A DNA stretch of 53,560 nucleotides from a virus (taxonomy: Duplodnaviria > Caudoviricetes), in the IMG/VR virus record IMGVR_UViG_3300006754_000025, positions 1 through 53,560 of that record, one strand, 5' to 3'. Positions 46,562 through 53,560 of the stretch are shown here, piece by piece (positions within the stretch are counted from its first letter, which is position 1; every line of letters starts with the position of its first letter). The translations under genes were made by a program, and so were the position numbers. The notes beneath the pieces are model-generated. The model was not told the DNA's origin, searched no databases, and saw only the letters and a program-made list of their open reading frames with translations.

Positions 46562-46852
46562 ATGGAGAGAAAATCGATGTCCTGCGCAATCTTGGATGAA
46601 TCGCCGTTTATCATCACTGACGCCAAACACAAGTGTGTCTACAGTTACCGCCAGCTAGAGCGGTGGTCGCGGGAAGGACTCAGGGCTGGCGACGACAAAA
46701 AGGGGCCGATCGTCAAGCTCGAAACAGTTCGCATGACGACAGGGAAAGCGACCAGCCTGGCGGCAATCCGCCGATTCCTACTGGCGCTCAACGACTCGTC
46801 AGAGAAGTGCGACCGCGCTAGAATCGAAAACTACGTTCCATCACGGCAGTAA
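46562..46852 (+). CDS. DUF1580-like (excisionase-type HTH) protein
   Basis: YRQLERWSREGL...VKLETVR...ATSLAAIRRFL matches the DUF1580 pattern known from Planctomycetes. Confidence 0.7.
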   Translation: MERKSMSCAILDESPFIITDAKHKCVYSYRQLERWSREGLRAGDDKKGPIVKLETVRMTTGKATSLAAIRRFLLALNDSSEKCDRARIENYVPSRQ

Positions 46853-46894
46853 TTTTGGTAGGATCACCGGGTGTCTGACATAAGGAGCAAACAG

Positions 46895-47029
46895 ATGGCA
46901 AATTCCAGTGGCGCCCAAAAGGGCGGAAGCAACAGTGGACAAGGCGGACGCGGCCCGACGAAACTTCCGAGCAAGAAGATGACCACCGTCAAAGGTGCGG
47001 CTATCAAAGGCCAAACGTCCAAGAAGTAG
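46895..47029 (+). CDS. 44-aa basic Gly/Lys-rich peptide (absent from the ORF track)
   Basis: TAAGGAG RBS 7 nt before ATG; extended -10 TGgTAGGAT at 46856-46864; MANSSGAQKGG...KGQTSKK*. Confidence 0.65.
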   Translation: MANSSGAQKGGSNSGQGGRGPTKLPSKKMTTVKGAAIKGQTSKK

Positions 47030-47095
47030 AAACAGCCCGCTGCGGGGTGGAGCCCGCAACGAGCCTCACAACGAACCCTAATAGGAGGGAACGTC

Positions 47096-48229
47096 ATGTC
47101 TGATGACATTCTAAAACGCTGCAGCAAGTGTGGGCAAGAGAAGCCTCGCGACGACTTCTACAACTCGATCGCTGACGAAGACGGCAAAAAGCCTGACTGC
47201 AAAGCCTGCTACACGCGAGGCACACGCAAGAAAGTTCGTCAAACGCCACTCTGGCGTGAGAAGAAGGCGCTTGACGCCAAGATCGCGAAACTCAATAGCG
47301 AACGCGAAGACCTCGTCTTCTTCGAGGCGTTTGAAGCCGACCGCGAACCCAAGATGTTCGAGTACATCCGCGTGTCGGACGACAAGCAGGTGGATAGCGG
47401 CTTGGGGCTTCAAGCCCAGGACCGGCGGCTGCATCACTTCTCGGCGATGATCGCAGAGTCAAACGACATCGACCCCAAAGCAACCGAGCGGTTTTCCGAG
47501 GAGGGTGTGTCTGCCGCCAAGATACCGCTTATCGAGCGCCCCGCCGGCAAGAAGTTGAACTCGAAGCTGCGTCGCGGCGACCACGTCGTCTTCGCTAAAG
47601 TCGATCGCTGCTTTCGCAACCAGAAAGATTTCGTCCTCACGCAAGAACTGTTCAACGCTAAAGGCGTCAAGATGCATTTCGCAGACTTGGGCATCGACAC
47701 GTCGACTCCCCAGGGTGAGATGATGCTGACTACTCTCGTCGCATTTGCGCAGTTGGAGTCACGCCAGACTGGTGAGCGAGTCAAGGAAAGCGTCGCAGCT
47801 GGCCGGCAGAACGGCTATTGGGCCGGACCCTCGCCAGCGGGTTACGAATCCGTGCGAGTCAAAGGTGAGAAGGGACGCAAGCGGCTGCGGATCAAATACG
47901 AACTCACGGCGTACATGCGTCTGATCTTCCGCTACCGCCACACCTACCGCATGCCCTTCGAGCAGATCAGCGACGCGATCGAAGTTGCGATGGCTCGCAA
48001 GCAAAACCGCAAGCCGTATCACCGAATCACCTGCAACGGTAAGAACGACCGCTACTTCAAGGTTGCACGGATTCGGTGTCTGTACCGCAATTACTGCAAA
48101 CACACCGCCAAGGTCGAACCATTGACCGTCGAAATCGATCCGACCCCACAAGGACAGATGATTGGCCGTATCGCTGCGGAGAAAGTCGGCGGGCTCCCCC
48201 GCACCGACAGGAAACGTAAACCCGCTTAA
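47096..48229 (+). CDS. serine recombinase with N-terminal Zn finger
   Basis: YIRVSDDKQ (catalytic Ser), VFAKVDRCFRN, FAQLES...GERVK; N-terminal CSKC...CKAC; GGAGG RBS. Confidence 0.9.
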   Translation: MSDDILKRCSKCGQEKPRDDFYNSIADEDGKKPDCKACYTRGTRKKVRQTPLWREKKALDAKIAKLNSEREDLVFFEAFEADREPKMFEYIRVSDDKQVDSGLGLQAQDRRLHHFSAMIAESNDIDPKATERFSEEGVSAAKIPLIERPAGKKLNSKLRRGDHVVFAKVDRCFRNQKDFVLTQELFNAKGVKMHFADLGIDTSTPQGEMMLTTLVAFAQLESRQTGERVKESVAAGRQNGYWAGPSPAGYESVRVKGEKGRKRLRIKYELTAYMRLIFRYRHTYRMPFEQISDAIEVAMARKQNRKPYHRITCNGKNDRYFKVARIRCLYRNYCKHTAKVEPLTVEIDPTPQGQMIGRIAAEKVGGLPRTDRKRKPA

Positions 48230-48240
48230 GGACCGAAACG

Positions 48241-48477
48241 ATGGCCGAAGAATATCGCTACCCAACTGTAATTCACCCCGACGCCCTTTATGGCTTCCAA
48301 CACCTGCGCAAAGAGATGGGTTTTGGCGAATCGCTACTCGCCCGAATCAAGAGCGAAGGCGGCGAAATCTACTACTACGGACGTGGCGCCTGCATCACCG
48401 GCGCCACGCTGATCGCGCACATTAAAAAACATGGTCGCAAGGAGCATCCGAACGCATCAAAACCCGTCGGTGGGTGA
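48241..48477 (+). CDS. small HTH protein (excisionase/RDF-like)
   Basis: LY....LRKEMGFGES.L....... then a beta hairpin and helix; directly after the recombinase gene. Confidence 0.55.
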   Translation: MAEEYRYPTVIHPDALYGFQHLRKEMGFGESLLARIKSEGGEIYYYGRGACITGATLIAHIKKHGRKEHPNASKPVGG

Positions 48478-48481
48478 AAAT

Positions 48482-48510
48482 TTGCATGCCCGCGACTTAT
48501 ACGCTATAGT
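48482..48510 (+). promoter_or_regulatory. sigma70 promoter followed by TCGTGAC sites
   Basis: TTGCAT-17-TATAGT; TCGTGACT at 48546 and TCGTGACG at 48556. Confidence 0.6.
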
Positions 48511-48551
48511 GGCGATCCAGTTACTAAGGTATCCGATCGCTCGACTCGTGA

Positions 48552-48821
48552 CTAATCGTGACGCTCGATCGGTGAAAACCACGGTTCGATGAAGAACCCG
48601 TCGACAGCCCAGTCCAGTTCGTCTGAAGCTCGCTTCATATCGTCTGCGACCAAGCCTTCGTGCAGGTATTCAAAGAAAGTGGTCCCGTGTAGACGCAACC
48701 GACAAAGTCGATAAAGGCATTCACCTTCGTCTGTCGGGGTGCGCACTGCGACCGTCCAGGTTTCGACGTGAGGGATCTGGTTGTGCCAGGGGCCGCCGAA
48801 GAATCGTATCCTTCCACTCAT
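48552..48821 (-). CDS. small hypothetical protein
   Basis: IRFFGGPWHNQ (FxGGP motif common in small phage proteins); start uncertain. Confidence 0.45.
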   Translation of the reverse strand: MSGRIRFFGGPWHNQIPHVETWTVAVRTPTDEGECLYRLCRLRLHGTTFFEYLHEGLVADDMKRASDELDWAVDGFFIEPWFSPIERHD

Positions 48822-48851
48822 GTTTAGATTCATACCCGAAAAGGGGACGCT

Positions 48852-49277
48852 GTGGCAAAAAAATCGAGTGCTGTCCAATACGGGGCGAGGCTTTCATGGA
48901 CTCGGGCTCGCCGATTAGCTGAACTCTGCGAGTTAGAGGAAGTGGGCGAAGTGCGTGGATTCCTGTCAGAGTTGAAAAAGGCTGGCCGCTCTGACGACAT
49001 CGAGTTGCTTGACGACGAGGGCAACGACAAACGCAACCCGACCATCAAAACAATGGCCGAGGAATGCAAAAAACACCTAGCGAAGCCGAAAAAAACGCCG
49101 ACTTCCCGAAAGCCACGAGCCGCCAGGGCAGCGTCTGCCGCCGTCGTCTCGGTCGCTCAGCAGGAAGCCACCGACACGTTCGCCCTGCTCAAAGAGATTC
49201 GGTCGTTGCAGAACAAGTACGGTTCCAAGGAAGTTAAAGAAGCGACCGCTTTCGTCGCTGATCTGCGAGGCGACTGA
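48852..49277 (+). CDS. hypothetical protein
   Basis: GGGG RBS and GTG start; TGATG-coupled to the next gene. Confidence 0.65.
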   Translation: MAKKSSAVQYGARLSWTRARRLAELCELEEVGEVRGFLSELKKAGRSDDIELLDDEGNDKRNPTIKTMAEECKKHLAKPKKTPTSRKPRAARAASAAVVSVAQQEATDTFALLKEIRSLQNKYGSKEVKEATAFVADLRGD

Positions 49278-49702
49278 TGAAGATCGGGGCGAACAAACTC
49301 GCGCGGCCTGGCCACTGCTTCGAGGACACGTTCTGCATTCATCACAACGGCTGGTATGACGAGTTGGATGCCGAATGCCTGCTTGTCCACGGCTACCCGC
49401 ATCTGACCGACAACATCGACAGCGGGCACGCTAAAGGTACGCCCTTTGGCCACGCTTGGCTGGAAATCGACCTTCCTCTCAAAGGCTTCGGGGCCGAGGT
49501 ATTGCCGTGCGTCATCGATCCGTTGTACGGCTTCACTGACCACGCGAAGCCGATGCCGCGTAAACTGTACTACATGGTTGGCGAAATTGAGGAAGCGGAC
49601 GTGCGCCGCTACACCAAACGGGAAGCCCGCCAGATGACTGTGGAGCATAAGCACTACGGCATCTGGCATGACGGACCAGAAGGAGCGATCTTTACTGACT
49701 AA
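49277..49702 (+). CDS. transglutaminase/papain-fold-like small protein
   Basis: GHCF...LVHG...GHAWLE...VIDP: Cys-His-Asp triad order. Confidence 0.6.
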   Translation: MKIGANKLARPGHCFEDTFCIHHNGWYDELDAECLLVHGYPHLTDNIDSGHAKGTPFGHAWLEIDLPLKGFGAEVLPCVIDPLYGFTDHAKPMPRKLYYMVGEIEEADVRRYTKREARQMTVEHKHYGIWHDGPEGAIFTD

Positions 49703-49894
49703 TCTGATAGACTAATCCGTGTGCGTGGCCAGGATGGTCGGACGTACGAGGTCTGTTGACGGCGATCGGGAACGACCCTGCCGCCAATGCAAGTCGGTTT
49801 CACACCGGCTGCTTTGGTGGCACCCGGCGCACGTTAGCGGATATTGATAGACAGAGACAGGATTAGTTTGGTCCCAAACAAAAGAGGGATCGTT

Positions 49895-50131
49895 ATGGAT
49901 CATGCAGCCGAGCGGCGTTTGAAGAACGGCGTCAAGAATGTACTCACAGAATTGGAGGAATCCCGCGTAGACCAGCGAGTGTCCTGGGCGGTGCTTTCCA
50001 GCCGATCGGGAGTTAGTGAATCGACCTGTCGCCGCGTCCTCGCCTACACGTCCAAAACAGTCAATTTTCTCAGCGTATGCAAAGTCGCAGCTGCGTTGGG
50101 ACACCGTATCTCCTTCAGGGAGAGAAACTAA
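49895..50131 (+). CDS. XRE/Cro-type HTH regulator
   Basis: R....VSWAVLSSRSGVSESTCRRVL......FLSVCKVAAALG; GAGGG RBS. Confidence 0.75.
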   Translation: MDHAAERRLKNGVKNVLTELEESRVDQRVSWAVLSSRSGVSESTCRRVLAYTSKTVNFLSVCKVAAALGHRISFRERN

Positions 50132-50153
50132 CGTCTTTTATGGAGCGACAATC

Positions 50154-50429
50154 ATGGAATGGGTGACCATCTTAGCGCCGATCTTTCTGAAACTCTTCGA
50201 GCGTTGTCAGGAAGATAATAATAAATCGCGGGCCAACCGCATCAAGCGAAACGGACCACTTGTTCGGATGCGACTCGCCAGCCAGTTGCGAGGGCAGGGT
50301 TACCGAGGCAAGCGACTTCGACGCGCGCTCAACGACGCGCGGGACGACATCGCATCGGCGTCTGAAGAGGAAATCGAATTGTTCCTCGACGACGTGGAGC
50401 GGGAACACGCAGCTGCATCTGCCAACTAA
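50154..50429 (+). CDS. hypothetical protein
   Basis: GGAG RBS; hydrophobic N-terminal helix. Confidence 0.6.
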   Translation: MEWVTILAPIFLKLFERCQEDNNKSRANRIKRNGPLVRMRLASQLRGQGYRGKRLRRALNDARDDIASASEEEIELFLDDVEREHAAASAN

Positions 50430-50436
50430 GGAATGT

Positions 50437-50496
50437 GGGGACGCCGGGTTTTTTTCACTCTTGTGGACAAATGTTCTACCGGCGTCCCCCGTTTTT
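50437..50496 (+). terminator. 11-bp inverted repeat followed by a T-rich tract
   Basis: GGGGACGCCGG (50437-47) and CCGGCGTCCCC (50479-89), then GTTTTTCT; the 31-nt loop is long for a terminator. Confidence 0.4.
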
Positions 50497-50625
50497 CTCT
50501 CGTGGCTTTCTGCAAATACATCTCCGACCCTGACGGCGGGTTGTCGCCAGGGGCGTTAACACCCTGGGCGCTCGCGATCCGTTAGGCAAGAGCGTCGCCG
50601 TTCGGATGGAGAAGAGGGAGAAATC

Positions 50626-50868
50626 ATGAAGCTCAGCGAAACGATGATTAGCCCAGCTGGCGTTCTTCGATGTTGCCTCGCCCACTGCTTCGACGGCATG
50701 GCGGACGATACGGAAGTCGAGCTTGGGCAGACGATCGCTTGTAAACACTGCGAGCGTGAATTCACGCTGACGACTGGCGAAACGCGATTCACGAGGGTTC
50801 AGTCTGTGCGACTCGCCGAGTGGCGCCCAACCGATGAGGACCAAGCTAACGCCACGACCGAACCCTGA
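50626..50868 (+). CDS. small Cys-rich (Zn-ribbon-like) protein
   Basis: RCCLAHC...CKHC; GGAG RBS. Confidence 0.55.
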   Translation: MKLSETMISPAGVLRCCLAHCFDGMADDTEVELGQTIACKHCEREFTLTTGETRFTRVQSVRLAEWRPTDEDQANATTEP

Positions 50869-51202
50869 ACCATTGGCCGTTGCTGGCTTGGCACGCGGCG
50901 TCGCCAGTCAGCGTCATCCCGTAGCCAGGCACGCACGTCCCACAACTCGGCGTGGAGCCAACGCCCCAGCCTTCAAAGTTGCCGATGTTCGCGCCAACAT
51001 GGTAGTAGGCGTAGTTGGCCGCCATGTAGTTCGCTTCGGCCACGCATCGCTCTTGATCGTTGGCGGCGACGCCCCAGACGTTGACGTACGTGTAAGCGTA
51101 ACTTGTGGACCGTTGGCGAAACCATCGGCGTCGCGCTTGGGTTTCTGGCGTGACGGCGGCGAAGAGAAACAGCACGCCGAGCAGCGAGAGTAGATATTTC
51201 AT
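50846..51202 (-). CDS. secreted Cys-containing protein (minimal CAP/SCP-like)
   Basis: Signal peptide ending AQA; A..MA....H.G....EG.G...C...G.A....NG.W pattern. Confidence 0.6.
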   Translation of the reverse strand: MKYLLSLLGVLFLFAAVTPETQARRRWFRQRSTSYAYTYVNVWGVAANDQERCVAEANYMAANYAYYHVGANIGNFEGWGVGSTPSCGTCVPGYGMTLTGDAACQASNGQWFRVRSWR

Positions 51203-51567
51203 TTGACTTTCTGTTCCAGGTTTTTGACGCGTTCTTCTAAATCGATCACATCGCGAATAACACCTTGGGGATGAGGAAGCCCGTCAGGACCGAGATTACA
51301 GTGAGCATCAAGGTCAGTTCTAACGCGCTCAATGCTTCGCTTGAGCGAGACTGTTTCCTCTTTGAGTGTTTCCTCAATGCGTTCCAGCCGACCGCGATTC
51401 TCACGAATGTCGAATTCAAGAGCGGCACGCGTCGAATAGTAAGCGCCAATAATACCGCCAATTGGCACCAGCAAGACCAGTAAACCACGAGCGGCGTTAA
51501 GGAGTTTTGCATCAGTAGATTGGCATGGCGCCAACCTTCTCGATTCATTGCGTTCTTCATTTGCCAT
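51199..51567 (-). CDS. single-TM coiled-coil protein (lysis accessory/spanin-like)
   Basis: TM segment LLVLLVPIGGIIGAYY followed by a coiled coil; lies in the holin cassette. Confidence 0.55.
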   Translation of the reverse strand: MANEERNESRRLAPCQSTDAKLLNAARGLLVLLVPIGGIIGAYYSTRAALEFDIRENRGRLERIEETLKEETVSLKRSIERVRTDLDAHCNLGPDGLPHPQGVIRDVIDLEERVKNLEQKVK

Positions 51568-51796
51568 CTTTGCCCCCGATAGGACGTTCAATAGGGGCAC
51601 CCGTAAGGAGCCTCAACACTGCGTTGCCAACGCCAATGAACACCGTAATCCACGGCAGGGCTTTGGGGGTGGTGATTGCGTTAGCGCCGATGGCTAGATC
51701 GATCGCAAGCAACGCGAGAGTGATCGCGTTGAACCAAAGAGTTTTGGAGAGATACCAAGGTTTCGCGCCATTGGGCGCATCAGGAGCATTGGACAT
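51557..51796 (-). CDS. holin-like 2-TM protein
   Basis: KPWYLSKTLWFN...TM...TM...NAVLRLLT.API pattern of small phage holins. Confidence 0.65.
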   Translation of the reverse strand: MSNAPDAPNGAKPWYLSKTLWFNAITLALLAIDLAIGANAITTPKALPWITVFIGVGNAVLRLLTGAPIERPIGGKDGK

Positions 51797-51828
51797 TTGC
51801 CTGTCACTTTCCTGAAACCTCGCCCGCC

Positions 51829-51857
51829 ATTCTAGGAAACTCGCCCATGATCGCCAA
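51829..51857 (-). promoter_or_regulatory. sigma70 promoter for the holin cassette
   Basis: TTGGCG-17-TAGAAT on the minus strand. Confidence 0.55.
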
Positions 51858-52057
51858 CCGGAAAACACCGCCCCCGTCTAAGAAAGCCGAGATGGTCGCT
51901 GGCGTCCTTGAACGCGGCATTCAGCCCGCGCCATAACTGCGATGACGCTTGACGGTAGCGGCAGAATCCGTACGCTGGGCGGATGACCGGCGCATAAAAT
52001 ACGCAAGCTGCTCCTTGGCGGCTCAGCGCGGGCGGGCGTCATCCGCAACACTCAATG

Positions 52058-52093
52058 CCTCGCCGAGTAGTGATCCCTCGGCGGGGTGTTTTT
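52058..52093 (+). terminator. terminator-like hairpin
   Basis: CCTCGCCGAG/CTCGGCGGGG stem followed by TGTTTTT. Confidence 0.45.
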
Positions 52094-52123
52094 CAGTCCA
52101 CGAGAATTCCACGGAGCAAGAGA

Positions 52124-52357
52124 ATGCGAACCGCCGTAATCCTGATCGCCCTACTATTCGCCACCCCTGCCTTTGCTGGCCGACTGGTCCCAGTCCAGAA
52201 GTCAGCCCAGAAGGTAGCGGCCCAGAAGTCCGCCCCCGTCGCAGCCCAGAAGGCGTCGCAGAAAGGCGCCGTCCAGAAAGGCGCTCGACGCGTCCGACGA
52301 ATCCGGCTGTTTGGCTCGCGTCGAGCCCGAGCCTGTGCCGCCGGCGTTTGCCGATGA
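52124..52357 (+). CDS. small secreted cationic peptide with QK repeats and C-terminal CAAGVCR
   Basis: GGAG RBS; signal peptide MRTAVILIALLFATPAFA; six QK units. Confidence 0.7.
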   Translation: MRTAVILIALLFATPAFAGRLVPVQKSAQKVAAQKSAPVAAQKASQKGAVQKGARRVRRIRLFGSRRARACAAGVCR

Positions 52358-52379
52358 CCAACTACCACCGGGGGGGGAA

Positions 52380-52424
52380 GTTCGATCGTTCGGTAACTGT
52401 TCGCCGAACGATCGAACCCCTTTT
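52380..52424 (+). terminator. 14-bp perfect hairpin, terminator-like
   Basis: GTTCGATCGTTCGG/CCGAACGATCGAAC followed by CCCTTTT. Confidence 0.65.
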
Positions 52425-52677
52425 CAGGCGCGGAGTTACCGCTATATTGGCTCCCGTTGGACCCAGTCCAACACACTGACCGGGCCGTCTACCTGCCCCA
52501 GGCGAGCCGGTCGCTTTTATGCGCCGTATGACTGGGCGGCGTCGGGGTCAGGTCCAGCCCACGTTGGCCGCCCGGCGCCGTTCGGATCATGGAAGCGGTT
52601 GGCGGTTCGTTTTCTTTGCCGCCATTTGGGTTTCAGTAGGCCACGCTTCCACCATTTGGGTCAAAAATGGGTCAATT

Positions 52678-52705
52678 TTGACCTACGTCGCATTTGTCGT
52701 ACAAT
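52678..52705 (+). promoter_or_regulatory. sigma70 promoter with overlapping inverted repeat
   Basis: TTGACC-16-TACAAT; GGTCAAAA...TTTTGACC palindrome covers the -35. Confidence 0.55.
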
Positions 52706-52710
52706 CCAGG

Positions 52711-52779
52711 CTCCCCATGTTACTCAACATGGCCTCCAGCCGCTGATGTAGTGTCCCCCCAATACATCAGCGGTTTTTT
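52711..52779 (+). ncRNA. candidate ~70-nt small RNA or attenuated leader
   Basis: Promoter, then hairpin CCATGTT/AACATGG, then terminator CCGCTGATGTA/TACATCAGCGG-T6. Confidence 0.4.
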
Positions 52780-52798
52780 CGTGACTGGGCGACTCTAA

Positions 52799-53065
52799 AT
52801 GCTGAAATCAACTCGCAATAAACACGAGTTCGTCCGCCAGTGGGTTGATCGCGGCGCGAAGATTCGCGAGGTCCTTGAGGCTGACGGCAGCCGACGTGGA
52901 AGACTTTTGCGGCGAATACCGCAATGCAATCAGCGACAAAAGGTTTTGATTGACGCCCCGGCCAAAATCACTACAACCAGGCGTACCTACTCTACCGACG
53001 CTCCTCTGGTTGCCAACGCACCGGGGAAACCAAGCGAAACGCAGCCCAAATACTCGCCCGAGTAG
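52799..53065 (+). CDS. hypothetical protein
   Basis: 88-aa ORF downstream of the promoter/terminator; no clear RBS. Confidence 0.3.
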   Translation: MLKSTRNKHEFVRQWVDRGAKIREVLEADGSRRGRLLRRIPQCNQRQKVLIDAPAKITTTRRTYSTDAPLVANAPGKPSETQPKYSPE

Positions 53066-53560
53066 GAAGGCGAAACCGGCAGCTGTCGCCGTCATGGAAG
53101 GGTCTGAAACGACCCGCTACACAACCATCGAAGACAGTCGAAGTCGTCAGGATCGGCCAAAAACCGAAACACGCAAGACGCTTCAACGTGGTGGACCTCC
53201 GAGTGTCCCACGCCCCCAAAATGGTATGGGGACCCGTTATGCGCTGACACAAACGATCGTAGCGCGAACCGCACCGTATCTCCGCTTGAGCCGGAAAAAC
53301 GGACTCGAAGGGATGTCCCGCTGAAGCCCCCTAGCGGCCTCACTGGCGAGGGTTAGCGTTCCGCCTCTCCCTACCCGCCAAATCGTGCGAGGTGAATAGA
53401 CAGGCGAAGGGTGGATGACAGAAACGGGGGAAAAATCTCCAGGGTTGATAATACAATAAACGCACGCCCGCGCGTGGGCACCGCCCCCTGGGTTCGGTCG
53501 CCGTAAGTCGTTTGACTGCAACGGGTTAGGCGCTGCCCGACGGTCCCGATTTTCCCCGCC

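Noticed and set aside
47096-48229. IS607-family transposon
   Set aside because: No adjacent TnpB, and the N-terminal extension is a Cys4 finger rather than a MerR-type HTH.
52358-52650. tRNA or known structured RNA in the hairpin-rich gap
   Set aside because: Several short stems but no cloverleaf with T-loop/D-loop consensus that I could identify. A tRNAscan/Rfam run would be needed to exclude it fully.
1-53560. Alternative genetic code or stop-codon reassignment
   Set aside because: Standard code 11 gives dense, coupled, full-length genes, and TAA, TAG and TGA are all used as stops.

Overview
The whole 53.6 kb window reads as tailed dsDNA phage (Caudoviricetes) sequence, probably most of a temperate phage genome. 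It has no host housekeeping genes, no terminal repeat that I could see, and it starts inside an ORF. A Planctomycetota host is inferred from a DUF1580-like HTH, a secreted peptide ending CxxGxC, and a papain-like peptidase paired with a secreted protein. Layout: (1) 203-3137 (-) fibre-like protein, secreted protein and C1 peptidase; (2) 3456-12773 (+) early module with an SSAP-like recombinase, Cas4-like exonuclease, ParB-like protein, replication initiator/loader-like pair and RuvC; (3) 12813-46434 (-) morphogenesis operon; (4) 46562-50868 mostly (+) DUF1580 HTH, serine recombinase, excisionase-like HTH and XRE regulator; (5) 50846-51796 (-) holin-like cassette; (6) a hairpin-rich, largely non-coding right end. 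The most striking result is a hybrid virion plan. Podovirus-type parts (long-barrel portal, podo-type adaptor, a 2655-aa polyvalent ejection-type protein) sit with a long-tail module (terminator, tube, chaperone pair with an exact -1 frameshift, Dit/hub-like genes). The tape-measure slot holds a 328-aa acidic, Pro-rich, apparently disordered protein. Family names come from motif recognition by eye; no database search was run.
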